From a virus: 64,000 bases of DNA. The stretch's first letter is position 1; every line of letters starts with the position of its first letter. The stretch is taken from positions 1 through 64,000 of IMG/VR virus record IMGVR_UViG_3300036466_000103; one strand, given 5' to 3'. The notes beneath the pieces are model-generated. The model made no database searches. It was not told the DNA's origin and worked only from the letters and a program-made list of their open reading frames with translations. This document shows, piece by piece, positions 27,141 to 36,362 of the stretch. The position numbers and the translations under genes are program-made.

Positions 27141-27168
27141 GCCCCGCCTCGTGCGGGGCTTTCTTTTG
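27141..27168 (+). terminator. rho-independent terminator
   Basis: Stem GCCCCGC/GCGGGGC, then TTTCTTTT. Confidence 0.8.
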
Positions 27169-27181
27169 CCTAAAATAAATG

Positions 27182-27210
27182 TTGACAGACCTGCACAGTC
27201 TCACTAGACT
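27182..27210 (+). promoter_or_regulatory. sigma70-type promoter
   Basis: TTGACA-17 nt-TAGACT, preceded by an AAAATAAAT UP-like tract. Confidence 0.65.
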
Positions 27211-27242
27211 TAGCACATACAGAAAATAAACGGAGAAACAAG

Positions 27243-27618
27243 ATGAAAAAGAATATTATTGCAACCCCTTATCCTGACAGCAGCATTGTCCAATGCAGTC
27301 TTTGCAAGTACATCTGAGGAAGATCGTGCACGTAAGGTATACAGTGAGGCCATCATTGAGCAGTGTGATTCTGATCGTGAAGTGGCTTATATGATCATGA
27401 AGACTCGTCAGATGAACCTATTTACGCCAAGCGAACACATCCAGACCATCAAGGATGTACACTTGTCTTCCGATAGTGAGAAGCGTGCCATTGAGCTTGT
27501 CCGTGAAACGTATAACACAAAGCTTGAGCCTGCACGTTACACAGAGACTATTGCCAAAGGCTTTGGCTACGAGAAACAAGTGAAATGTCTTAACAAATAC
27601 CTTGGTAAAGCTTTGTAA
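27243..27618 (+). CDS. putative secreted protein; the reading frame is broken near the C-run at 27265-27268
   Basis: ATG 27243 has RBS GGAGA and encodes MKKNIIAT. The long ORF lies in the +1 frame, and its beginning, (L)QPLILTAALSNAVFA/STSEE, completes a Sec signal peptide. Confidence 0.5.
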
Positions 27619-27655
27619 CCCAGGTAGACTACTCGAAACAGACAGAGGTCAAAGC

Positions 27656-27865
27656 ATGAAAACCACAGAACAGCACAGGAGCGAGTTTGAGAGCTTTTAT
27701 ACGTCAACCTACATCATTAGGTGGGGAGCTTACGGAATCGCCTCTAAGCACCTCCAGAAGCGCCATGAGACTACCAGTGAGGGTGTTGTAGAAGTTTATG
27801 TGTCTGAGCATGCAGCTTTGTGTTGGTTTATTTGGTTGGCATCAGCATTGGAGAATGATAAGTGA
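27656..27865 (+). CDS. hypothetical protein
   Basis: ATG 27656 lies within ORF 27602. Confidence 0.55.
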   Translation: MKTTEQHRSEFESFYTSTYIIRWGAYGIASKHLQKRHETTSEGVVEVYVSEHAALCWFIWLASALENDK

Positions 27866-28026
27866 ATAAGCAAGAAGCACTAAATGCAATTATTTCATCC
27901 CTTGAAGACAGCCTGGAGTATTTTGAATACTTTGATACAGATGGTGACGGAGATGAACACGCTGACCTTTATTGGGATATTAAAGATATTATCTCAGACA
28001 TCGAAGAGATTTTGGAGAGGAAGTGA
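27862..28026 (+). CDS. hypothetical acidic protein (54 aa)
   Basis: The GTG start overlaps the upstream TGA stop. Not in the ORF track. Confidence 0.45.
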   Translation: MNKQEALNAIISSLEDSLEYFEYFDTDGDGDEHADLYWDIKDIISDIEEILERK

Positions 28027-28607
28027 TGAGCAATAAAATCGAAGCATATAAAGCCTTGTTGAAAGTGGTTAACAAATACCCTGAAGCATTTGATAGTGAA
28101 AATGTAACACTGTCCCCAGCAAACGTTAAGTCTATTGTGGAAGCTCTTGAAGTGAGTGAACGTTTTGGTATTCCCTTACAGGGCATTCAATCTGGTACAC
28201 ACTTACGCGTCAAGAACGTCTACGATGATTGGACAGGTCTTATCCTCTATGGTAAGAAGCATGGTCGTACAATCGGGTGTTCCGATACAGGCGAACAACC
28301 TGTAGACGAGTGGCTGTTCAAGATCAGCTTCCCTTGTGGTGCATATACATTTAACGGTGATGGTTTGTGGGATAAGAGTTATCCAAAGAAAACCTTTGAC
28401 GCATTCTTTGAGGAGTTGAAGTCTTACGGTACAGCCTTCTCAGATAGTATGAACAGCTCCCTATACTTCCGTGAGGATAACTCTAAGGCTGTCTATGAGG
28501 CGTTCTGGGATGTTTTCAGTAGGTATAAGGGTCAAGTACAGGATGAGCTTAAAGAGCAGCGTAAACAAGAGCTGGTTAAAGAGCTTGAAGCTTTGGAGGG
28601 TAAATAA
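28026..28607 (+). CDS. hypothetical protein
   Basis: TGATG overlap with the upstream gene. Confidence 0.65.
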   Translation: MSNKIEAYKALLKVVNKYPEAFDSENVTLSPANVKSIVEALEVSERFGIPLQGIQSGTHLRVKNVYDDWTGLILYGKKHGRTIGCSDTGEQPVDEWLFKISFPCGAYTFNGDGLWDKSYPKKTFDAFFEELKSYGTAFSDSMNSSLYFREDNSKAVYEAFWDVFSRYKGQVQDELKEQRKQELVKELEALEGK

Positions 28608-29590
28608 TGACATTCCAACAACCAGCTACACAAGTTTTGAAAGTGACCACCATTGATGACCTTGGTGTGAGCATTATTGACCTCCCAGCAGGTACATATC
28701 TTATTGATGGTGAGACAGTTACACATTCTGGATTTAACTCCTACAACAGTGCTAGGCAAATCAGTGCAAAAGACGTAGAGAACGTTCGTAGCATTCACAC
28801 ACAGAAGGTGCTTGTTGGCTATTCTCCAACTACTGAAGGAATAACAGACGATATTCTGTCTGTTGAAAGCTACAATGATTTCATTGATGAGCTAAACAAA
28901 GCTGGTCACTATGATGAGATTAGCGACGAGTTTATTTGGGATTCTCTGGATGGAGAATTTGCATATCGTAAATTCAAGTCTCAGTGGAAGGCTGTATACA
29001 AAGATGTAGTAACCTATTCAGAGCCTCTATTAGTTGATCGTAGCCACATTCGGCAAGACTCGGGTAATCCCTACATTCGAGCAGGCTTTCTCACTGGTCG
29101 CTCTGACGTTCCTTTGTACAGCTACTCTCGAACCAATGCTGTAGCTGACATTCTTGCTAAGAAGTTTGAGAGCCTTGGTATGGAATTCAAGGAAGGTGTC
29201 TCCTACAGTGGTACAGAGGGCAAGAAGGTTTGGGGTAACTCAACACACTCTGGTCTTGAATATGTGACAGCCTTTGGTAAGTACGTTATTGGTAAACAGC
29301 ACCTCCCTAAGACACGCGGTGAGTTCAAAGGATCATTCGAATACCTGGAGAATATCTACAAAGAAGACAAGAAGTGGATTGAAGATTTGATCCAAGTGGG
29401 GTATAATCTTCACTTTCGCAATGAGCCACCATCCGCTGTACTTCTGTCTGAGATTCATTCTGATTTGAAGACTTGCATCAGCTATGTGAACACACTTGAT
29501 GTAAAAGTAAAGAGCGAGACAAGTAAACGTAGTGCATTGGGTGTATTGAATAAACTTCTTGATAAAGTTGTTGTGGAGGTGTTGGAATAA
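28607..29590 (+). CDS. hypothetical protein (327 aa)
   Basis: TAATG overlap with the upstream gene. No recognisable motif. Confidence 0.7.
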   Translation: MTFQQPATQVLKVTTIDDLGVSIIDLPAGTYLIDGETVTHSGFNSYNSARQISAKDVENVRSIHTQKVLVGYSPTTEGITDDILSVESYNDFIDELNKAGHYDEISDEFIWDSLDGEFAYRKFKSQWKAVYKDVVTYSEPLLVDRSHIRQDSGNPYIRAGFLTGRSDVPLYSYSRTNAVADILAKKFESLGMEFKEGVSYSGTEGKKVWGNSTHSGLEYVTAFGKYVIGKQHLPKTRGEFKGSFEYLENIYKEDKKWIEDLIQVGYNLHFRNEPPSAVLLSEIHSDLKTCISYVNTLDVKVKSETSKRSALGVLNKLLDKVVVEVLE

Positions 29591-29856
29591 TGTTTACTGC
29601 AAAAGATATGGCTGCGAAGTTGAAGACTCTGGATGATTGTGAGGGACTTGATCGTTGGATTGAGACTGTCCTCTATATCAAGTTTATTCAATATGGTCAT
29701 CCCGCTATTGTTGACAGCTATGAGATTACTAAACAAGGTTGGAATAATAACGGATGGACAAACGAGATGCGTAAGCGTGGATTCTCTTTAGAATATCAGA
29801 CAAATCAACGAGAAGGTGACTACTACCGCGTAACATACCCACCACAGGGGCGTTGA
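29590..29856 (+). CDS. hypothetical protein
   Basis: TAATG overlap with the upstream gene. Confidence 0.65.
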   Translation: MFTAKDMAAKLKTLDDCEGLDRWIETVLYIKFIQYGHPAIVDSYEITKQGWNNNGWTNEMRKRGFSLEYQTNQREGDYYRVTYPPQGR

Positions 29857-29858
29857 GA

Positions 29859-30014
29859 ATGAACAATCCAAAGTACACAGTAAAGATTAACCACGATGGT
29901 TGGTATATTGTTTATATCATTCTATATGGCAGTGAAATTGATTATCACCAAGTAGCAGCCTTTAAGTGGGCAGCTGACATGGAAGTGTTTACGAAAGGAG
30001 ATTATTGTGAGTGA
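29859..30014 (+). CDS. hypothetical protein (51 aa)
   Basis: Fills the gap between neighbouring genes; its stop overlaps the next start. Not in the ORF track. Confidence 0.45.
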   Translation: MNNPKYTVKINHDGWYIVYIILYGSEIDYHQVAAFKWAADMEVFTKGDYCE

Positions 30015-30276
30015 GTTAGAAGTTATTAATGGAGGTCTTGTAGAAGGTGAGTCTGTAGTTCAGATGAAGAAGTCACACTATGATTCTCTTGTCAATACTT
30101 ACTTTGAGCGAGTCCTTATTCCAAACTGTGACCCTCCAGTCAGTGGTATGAAAGACCATGAGTTTCGTGAGCAGGTTAACGACCTGAAGCGTCTTTGTGA
30201 TACATTCAAGGGAACTGATCAATTACGATCACAACTAGCTTTGTTCTTGAAGCAATTTAAGGAGAAGTGTGAGTGA
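30007..30276 (+). CDS. hypothetical protein
   Basis: ORF track entry. GTG start after GGAG. Confidence 0.6.
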   Translation: MSELEVINGGLVEGESVVQMKKSHYDSLVNTYFERVLIPNCDPPVSGMKDHEFREQVNDLKRLCDTFKGTDQLRSQLALFLKQFKEKCE

Positions 30277-30482
30277 ATACGCGTAACCTCAAAGAGTGCC
30301 TTGACATGCAAGATTCACGATTAAGTCAGGAGCAACAGGCTGTTGGTGAATACAATGTCTCTATGGGCTTCGAGCCTTTTATTGAGAGTTATTCTGACTA
30401 CACTTATCTTGTACTAGTTAAAGAGGGTACACGCAACGGTGTAAAACGCATAAATAAAACAGGCCATAATGTATATGTATAA
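30273..30482 (+). CDS. hypothetical protein
   Basis: ORF track entry. Start-stop overlap with the neighbour. Confidence 0.6.
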   Translation: MNTRNLKECLDMQDSRLSQEQQAVGEYNVSMGFEPFIESYSDYTYLVLVKEGTRNGVKRINKTGHNVYV

Positions 30483-31374
30483 CAAAGAGCCGGGGTTAAA
30501 AGTGGTCTCCTTGTTTGATGGGATTAGCTGTGGAAGACAGGCATTGCTGGAGAGCGGGATTAGCGTCTCCCAATATTTTGCATCTGAGGTTGATAAAAAT
30601 GCTATTAAAGTGAGTTCCGATAATCACGAAGATATTGTACGTATAGGCGACGTATCAAAAGTTAGGTATGAAAAAGGAACGCTGACTTCCGAGTATGGTT
30701 CGTGGTATGTAGGTAAAATTGATTTGATATTGGCAGGTAGTCCTTGCCAGGGGTTTTCTCTTGCAGGAAAGCAGCTCAACTTCAAAGACCCTAGATCCAA
30801 GTTGTATTTTGAATTTACAAGACTTCTTTCTGAAATACGGGAATTCAATCCGGATGTAAAGTTTCTTCTTGAAAACGTAAGAATGAAAAAGGAATTTATT
30901 GATACAATTACGGATGACTTGGGTTGTGAACCAATGCTACTAAATTCCCGAGCAAAGGTTGCACAGAATAGGGAGAGATACTACTGGACAAATCTGCTAT
31001 GTAACTCTCAGAAAGTGTCTCTGGTGGAAACCTTCAAAAATACACAAGGTCCGGACATTAGGGGTATTATCGACATGTCTACAGAGGATTATTCTGGAGT
31101 TTGGACATGGCCTCGCGGTTACAATAAAGGAGGGACAAAAGTCTCTACAAAAATGCCATGTATAACAGTCTCGTCTTGGCAGTACAATTTCCTTCTGGAG
31201 AATATATACGGTGTCCGTAGGAAATTTAAACCGGAAGAGTGTGAGCGTGCGCAAGGGCTCCCAGATGGGTACACTAGTTCAATTTCAGACAATGCAAGGT
31301 ATAAGGTGCTGGGTAATTGCTGGACAGTTCCTGTAATTAGTGCAATAGTTTCTGGCTATCAAAAAGGAGTATAG
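30469..31374 (+). CDS. DNA (cytosine-5)-methyltransferase, orphan
   Basis: Motif I VVSLFDGISCG, motif IV GSPCQGFS, motif VI ENV, QGLPDGY, and motif X GNCWTVPV. Confidence 0.85.
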   Translation: MYMYNKEPGLKVVSLFDGISCGRQALLESGISVSQYFASEVDKNAIKVSSDNHEDIVRIGDVSKVRYEKGTLTSEYGSWYVGKIDLILAGSPCQGFSLAGKQLNFKDPRSKLYFEFTRLLSEIREFNPDVKFLLENVRMKKEFIDTITDDLGCEPMLLNSRAKVAQNRERYYWTNLLCNSQKVSLVETFKNTQGPDIRGIIDMSTEDYSGVWTWPRGYNKGGTKVSTKMPCITVSSWQYNFLLENIYGVRRKFKPEECERAQGLPDGYTSSISDNARYKVLGNCWTVPVISAIVSGYQKGV

Positions 31375-31375
31375 G

Positions 31376-31549
31376 TTGAGTAATCAGGCCTGGGCACTTC
31401 AGGTAATGCTTAAATATCGCTTGCAAGTGGACTTCAGCTCACGTACAATCGACGCTCGCGGATACACCCGAGGTTGGTATTGGGGAGGCGATAAGCGCTT
31501 GTATGAGGCTCTACAGGAGGCTGTGGATGATATTGAGCGAGCGTCTTGA
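31376..31549 (+). CDS. hypothetical protein (57 aa, TTG start)
   Basis: RBS AAAAGGAG lies 7 nt upstream. Not in the ORF track. Confidence 0.4.
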   Translation: MSNQAWALQVMLKYRLQVDFSSRTIDARGYTRGWYWGGDKRLYEALQEAVDDIERAS

Positions 31550-31623
31550 GGGAATTTCCTGAGTGGATGAGTTGTTATTGAGAATTGTTTTTAAACTTAC
31601 ATTGGAGGTGTATTATTAGCTGC

Positions 31624-33318
31624 GTGGAGAGAATTAAACATGATGTTGTGCACTGCACATCTGACAAGGGCCTACAAGTCTTTTACGATGATGGAAAGAA
31701 CAAGTTTACCGGCTACTGCTTTTCCTGTGCCAGCCGAGGACTTGAGGCTTACGTAGAAGATCCCTATAACGGTAAGGCACCAAAACCCCCAGGGAAAAGA
31801 TCTGAAGATGATGTACAAGAAGAAATCCAAGAAGTTCGAAACCTAAAATCTCCCGCTGAAGAGTATCGAGGCATTCATCCTCAGTATTTCGCAAAGTCTG
31901 GCATTAAGCTGGCTTACAGTGAATATGACGGAAAGACACCCTTTACATTCAATTTCCCCTATACAATCTCAGGAAAGCTGGCAGGCTACAAAGCAATTAT
32001 GCTTGGCAAGAAAGCTATGTGGTCTATCGGGGACATCAAGGGCGCAGACCTGTTCAACTGGGAGATTGCAAAGAAGTCTGGAGTTAAACGTCTCTACGTC
32101 ACTGAGGGTGAATTCGACTCAAGAGCCCTGGAGATGATGCTAGAGTCACATGCAAACAAACGCAAGAGTCAGTACAATAAGTTCGCAGTCACTAGTCTTC
32201 CTCACGGAGTAGGTAGTGCAGTAACCACACTTGGTCGGATGCGCAAAGAGATTGATAAGTTTTTTACTGAGATTGTGCTGGTATTTGATAATGATGAGGC
32301 AGGTAAGAAAGCAGTAAAAGATGTACAAAAGATTATGCCTGATGTTAAAGTTGCTGTTTATCCAACTAATGCTAAAGATGCCAACGAAGCTTTATTGAAA
32401 GGTGATGGTGATTTGTTTGCAGATTTCTGTATTTGGAAAAGTGCAAAACCTGTAAGCGAAGGCGTGGTAAACGTTTCCACTGTCTTGACTCGGGCACTTG
32501 AGCCACCTCAAATGGGGCTTTCTTATCCGTGGCAAGAGCTTACAGATATGGTCTATGGACAACGTTTTTCTGAGGCCACTTGTCTAGGTGCTGGTATCGG
32601 CCTCGGCAAAACTTTGATTGCTCATGAAGTTGGCGCGTGGAATATTACAGAACATAAAGAAAAAGTTTTCATGGTACTTCTTGAAGAAGAGAACGAACAT
32701 ACACTGTGGAACGTGGCAGGCAAGATTGATTCTATTCCGTATCACCGCCCTGAAATTGCCAAAGATAACTGGGAACAGTTTCAAGAGACTGCACGGAGCC
32801 TTGAGGGTAGTTTGTTAATGTGGGAATCTGAGGGTAATGCTGAAAACCGATTTAATATTGAGGAAATTCTCAAAGCAATTCGGTACAATACAATGGAATA
32901 TGGGGTTCGCTTTCATGTGATTGATAACATCACACGGCTTGTAGACCACTTGTCCAGTGGTGAAGCGAATGAATTTATTAATAAATGGTCATCTGAAATT
33001 GCAAACTTGGCATCTGAATTGAAAATCCATATTGATATGTTCAGCCACTTGAATGCACCGAAAGGAAAAGATGCAAGGGACCATGAGTCAGGTGGCGAAG
33101 TGTTGGCATCACAATTTACTGGTAGTCGCGGTATTATGCGTTCTTTCCCTGTGCTAATGGGGTTTGAGCGTAACAAAATGGCAACAGAAGGGCGAGCTTC
33201 TAATTCTTTTATTAGTTGCATTAAAAACCGTAAGTACGGTGGAGAAGGGCGGATTAAGACTCAGTATCAACCTAATGGTCGCCTCATCAGTTACCCATGG
33301 GAGGGTGAACAACTTTGA
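31624..33318 (+). CDS. bifunctional primase-helicase (T7 gp4-like)
   Basis: Zn-finger-like CTSDK..GYCFSC, TOPRIM LYVTEGEFD..VFDNDEAGKKA, Walker A GAGIGLGKT, and HVIDNITRL. The start is uncertain (GTG 31624 after GGAGG, or TTG 31585). Confidence 0.85.
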   Translation: MERIKHDVVHCTSDKGLQVFYDDGKNKFTGYCFSCASRGLEAYVEDPYNGKAPKPPGKRSEDDVQEEIQEVRNLKSPAEEYRGIHPQYFAKSGIKLAYSEYDGKTPFTFNFPYTISGKLAGYKAIMLGKKAMWSIGDIKGADLFNWEIAKKSGVKRLYVTEGEFDSRALEMMLESHANKRKSQYNKFAVTSLPHGVGSAVTTLGRMRKEIDKFFTEIVLVFDNDEAGKKAVKDVQKIMPDVKVAVYPTNAKDANEALLKGDGDLFADFCIWKSAKPVSEGVVNVSTVLTRALEPPQMGLSYPWQELTDMVYGQRFSEATCLGAGIGLGKTLIAHEVGAWNITEHKEKVFMVLLEEENEHTLWNVAGKIDSIPYHRPEIAKDNWEQFQETARSLEGSLLMWESEGNAENRFNIEEILKAIRYNTMEYGVRFHVIDNITRLVDHLSSGEANEFINKWSSEIANLASELKIHIDMFSHLNAPKGKDARDHESGGEVLASQFTGSRGIMRSFPVLMGFERNKMATEGRASNSFISCIKNRKYGGEGRIKTQYQPNGRLISYPWEGEQL

Positions 33319-33941
33319 AAGAGTTTATAAATGATGCCGATTACAAAGTAACAAAGATGGTTGATGGTAAACAAACTATGTGTCCATTCTTCAGGACATG
33401 GAGAAACATGAAAGAGAGGTGTAACAAAGCCAGCAAAAGAAATCCAAGTTATTTGGAATCTGGAGTTATTGACGACTGGTACACTTTCTCCAACTTCAAG
33501 GCTTGGATGGAAGGGCAACCATGGCAAGGTAATGAACTGGACAAGGACATACTAGGCGACGGCAAACTGTATAGTCCTAATACATGTTGTTTTGTACCCA
33601 GTTGGGTGAACTTGCTTTTGGTGCTAAGCAACTCAAGTCGCGGAGAATACCCGGTAGGTGTATCTTATATGAAGCGGCCTTCTGGTATGAGCAGAGAGTT
33701 GGTTAACCCTTACCAATCTTATGTTAAGAGCGGAGATAAGAAAAAGCACCTTGGTATGTTTTCAACAGCAATGCAAGCTCACAAAGCTTGGCAGGCAGAA
33801 AAGATTGTTTTAATGGAAGCTGCCGTGCTAAGGTACTCCGAAGATAGGAGCTTCCAACAGCCTGTATTTGATGCCCTACAATCAAAAGTCCTTGCTTTAC
33901 GACAGGATTTGGTAGAAAATAGGGAGACTGTTTCATTATGA
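33315..33941 (+). CDS. free-standing homing-endonuclease-like protein with an AP2-type C-terminal domain
   Basis: Paralog of 48763..49407 (TW.NM.ERC, F.AWM, LDKD...YSP.TC.F.P, P.GVS). Located between the primase-helicase and polymerase genes. Confidence 0.45.
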   Translation: MKEFINDADYKVTKMVDGKQTMCPFFRTWRNMKERCNKASKRNPSYLESGVIDDWYTFSNFKAWMEGQPWQGNELDKDILGDGKLYSPNTCCFVPSWVNLLLVLSNSSRGEYPVGVSYMKRPSGMSRELVNPYQSYVKSGDKKKHLGMFSTAMQAHKAWQAEKIVLMEAAVLRYSEDRSFQQPVFDALQSKVLALRQDLVENRETVSL

Positions 33942-33957
33942 TTTAAGGAGTTAGGAT

Positions 33958-35943
33958 TTGAAGAGTATCTATAACTGGAAGAAGGCAACCGTTGCCGACT
34001 TGGAGTCTGATGGATTTCTGGATGTTGCTACAAAGCTCCACGTCCTAGGCTTCCAGATGAATGAAAAGGACATTCAGACTTTTAATGGAACATCCGAGTC
34101 TGCCAGGATTGTAAAGTTTTTTCAGTGGCACATGGAGAATGAGATACCTATCGTAATGCACAAGGGTATTTCATTCGATATACCATTGATGGAGAAGTTG
34201 TTTAATATTGACCTCTCTAAGCTGATGCTTATCGACACACTGGCCCTTAGTTGGTACTTGAACTTCGACAGGCGAACCCACGGTCTGGGGACTTTTCACG
34301 AGGACTATGGAATTGAAAAGCCCGTAGTAGAGGACTGGTCAGATCAACCGTATGAGGTTTACCAAAATCGAGTTTGTGAAGACGTAAAGATTAACCAAGC
34401 ATTGTGGAAAGACCTCAAGCGACGCTTGATTGAGATGTACACAACTACCAAGCTTGAGATTGATTCTGGGGCTGTCGGCGGAAAGAGGGTCAGTGAAGAC
34501 GAGTCTATTGCAATTGATGAGTTAGTGGGTCTTCCTGTAGAGGAACACATTAATAGGATCTTAACCTTCTTAATGTTTAAGATGGACTGCGCCCGTCTAC
34601 AAGAAAAGACTCGCTGGGAGGTTGATACAGAACTTCTTTTTGACTCAGAGAAGAAACTTGAGGCAATCGTAAACGAAACAACCTTAGCCCTTGAGGCAGT
34701 CATGCCAAGGGTTCCTCAGTATACAAAGAAGGAAGCCCCAAAGAAGCCCTTCAAAAAGGACGGCACCTTATCATCAACAGGAACTAAATGGAAAGAGTTA
34801 CTAGAGGTATATGAAGCTAAAGAGGTTGATGAGTTCGGAACCTTAAAAGTCGAGGACACTGAAACTAAAGGAGTATTCAAAGCCCTTAGTGGCTATGATG
34901 AGCCAAAGGCATCCTCTCCTGCTCAAGTAAAAGCTTTGCTGTACTCGCATGGATGGGTTCCTACAAGCTTTCGTTATGAGAAAGACGAGGTTGCCTTTAA
35001 TGCCTGGATAGCCAGAAAGCCAAAAGAGGGTTCACATAACAGCAAATGGTCTGAGTGGAAGAACAGCAAGCCTGAAGAAAGGGCTATCCCACAAATTAGT
35101 GTTGGGGGCGATGACGGAAAGGAACTCTGTGAATCTGTTCTTGAGTTGGCAGATGAAGTGCCATCCATTCGTAAGTATGCAGAGTACAACGTAGCTAAAC
35201 ATCGGCTAGGGGTTATCAAAGGATTCATTCGGGACATCAAAGATGGAAAGTGGCTCCAAGCGAGGATTGGGGGCCTAACTAATACATTAAGAGTACAACA
35301 TAGGGAAATTGTAAACCTGCCTGGTGTAGACAAGCCTCATGGAGAGTTGATTCGTGGAGGGCTTGTTGCGGGAGAGGGAAAAATTCTCTTGGGTTCCGAC
35401 ATGTCTAGCTTGGAGGATCGGGTTAAACACAGCCTGATGCTGCCTCATGATCCTGAGTATGTTGCAACAATGCAAGAGGAAGACTTCGATCCCCACATTC
35501 TTATGGCTCTTACGGCAAAAATGATTAGCCAGAAGGAGTTTGATGATTTTAAGCGGGGTGAGAAGTCTTCTAACGCAAAGGCAGCCCGGAAAAAGGGTAA
35601 GACAACCAACTATGCATCTGTGTACAATGCAGGCGCTGCAAAAATTGCTCAGGCAGCGGGAGTAAGCCTAAAAGAAGGCAAAACTCTCCACGAGGCTTAC
35701 TGGAAGCTTAATTGGTCTGTAAAAGCTATTGCTGAAGAGCAGGTTGTTATCAAAGACAGCCGAGGTCGTAAGTGGTTGGTTAACCCGATTAATGGGTTTT
35801 GTTATGCCTTGAGGTCTGAGGCAGACAGGTTTTCTACTTTGGCCCAGGGTAGCGGCTCCTACTTCTTTGATATGTGGGTGGATAATATCCTCACAGAGAC
35901 AGAGAAAAGGTATGGCAAGAAAACGCTAACAGGAAGTTTCCAT
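33958..35943 (+). CDS. family A DNA polymerase, exon 1 (3'-5' exonuclease, thumb, and palm through motif B)
   Basis: TTG start after AAGGAG. Contains a TNYASVYNAG-type motif B region. The frame would otherwise stop 9 codons into the intron. Confidence 0.85.
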
Positions 35944-36193
35944 AAACATCATTGTGGCCTTGCATTGTGAAGTGCATTGAATAACTTTGCTTAAACGGGG
36001 AAAGCTAAAGGATGCGCAAGAGTCCCATGCTAACCTACCGTGCTAAATTGTCGAGAGACATAAAAGCCTAGAGACTATCCTTCGGGAGTAAGCAGAGAGT
36101 TCTGCTGAAATAGCAAAGAGCCTCCCTTTGAGGCTGTGATATAGTCCGACACCAGTTGAAAAGCTGGGTGCCTAACGAGCACAAAACAGTAGG
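35944..36193 (+). ncRNA. group I self-splicing intron (IA2, td-like), ORF-less
   Basis: The 5' exon ends in CCAU (35940-43), which can pair with GUGG (35954-57). Core strings: UAAACGGGGAA (35991-36001), CCGUGCUAAAUUGU (36038-51), GACUAUCC..GGGAGUAAGC (36073-), GAUAUAGUCC (36138-47). Terminal G at 36193. Removal restores ...GSFH/DECIL.... Confidence 0.8.
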
Positions 36194-36352
36194 GATGAAT
36201 GCATCTTGTGTGTGAAGGATACACAAAAATTTAAAGATGAGTTTTCTTCTTTAATAAGATCTGCCGTAGAAAAGGTAAATGTAGATTTCAAGCTTCGAAG
36301 AGCATTGGGCTGTGAGACTCAGTCTGGTAAGCGATATTCAGATATTCACTAG
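36194..36352 (+). CDS. family A DNA polymerase, exon 2 (motif C HDE through the C-terminus)
   Basis: Encodes DECILCVKDTQKF...GKRYSDIH*. The HDE motif spans the junction, and the ending G..Y..IH is typical of a Pol A C-terminus. Confidence 0.8.
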   Translation, partial: DECILCVKDTQKFKDEFSSLIRSAVEKVNVDFKLRRALGCETQSGKRYSDIH

Positions 36353-36362
36353 AGGAGGGAAA

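Noticed and set aside
35944-35970. Taking the polymerase stop at 35968-35970 (…KHHCGLAL*) as the genuine C-terminus.
   Set aside because: It would delete motif C (HDE) and the conserved C-terminal His. Both are recovered in phase 250 nt downstream, after a sequence with group I intron core elements.
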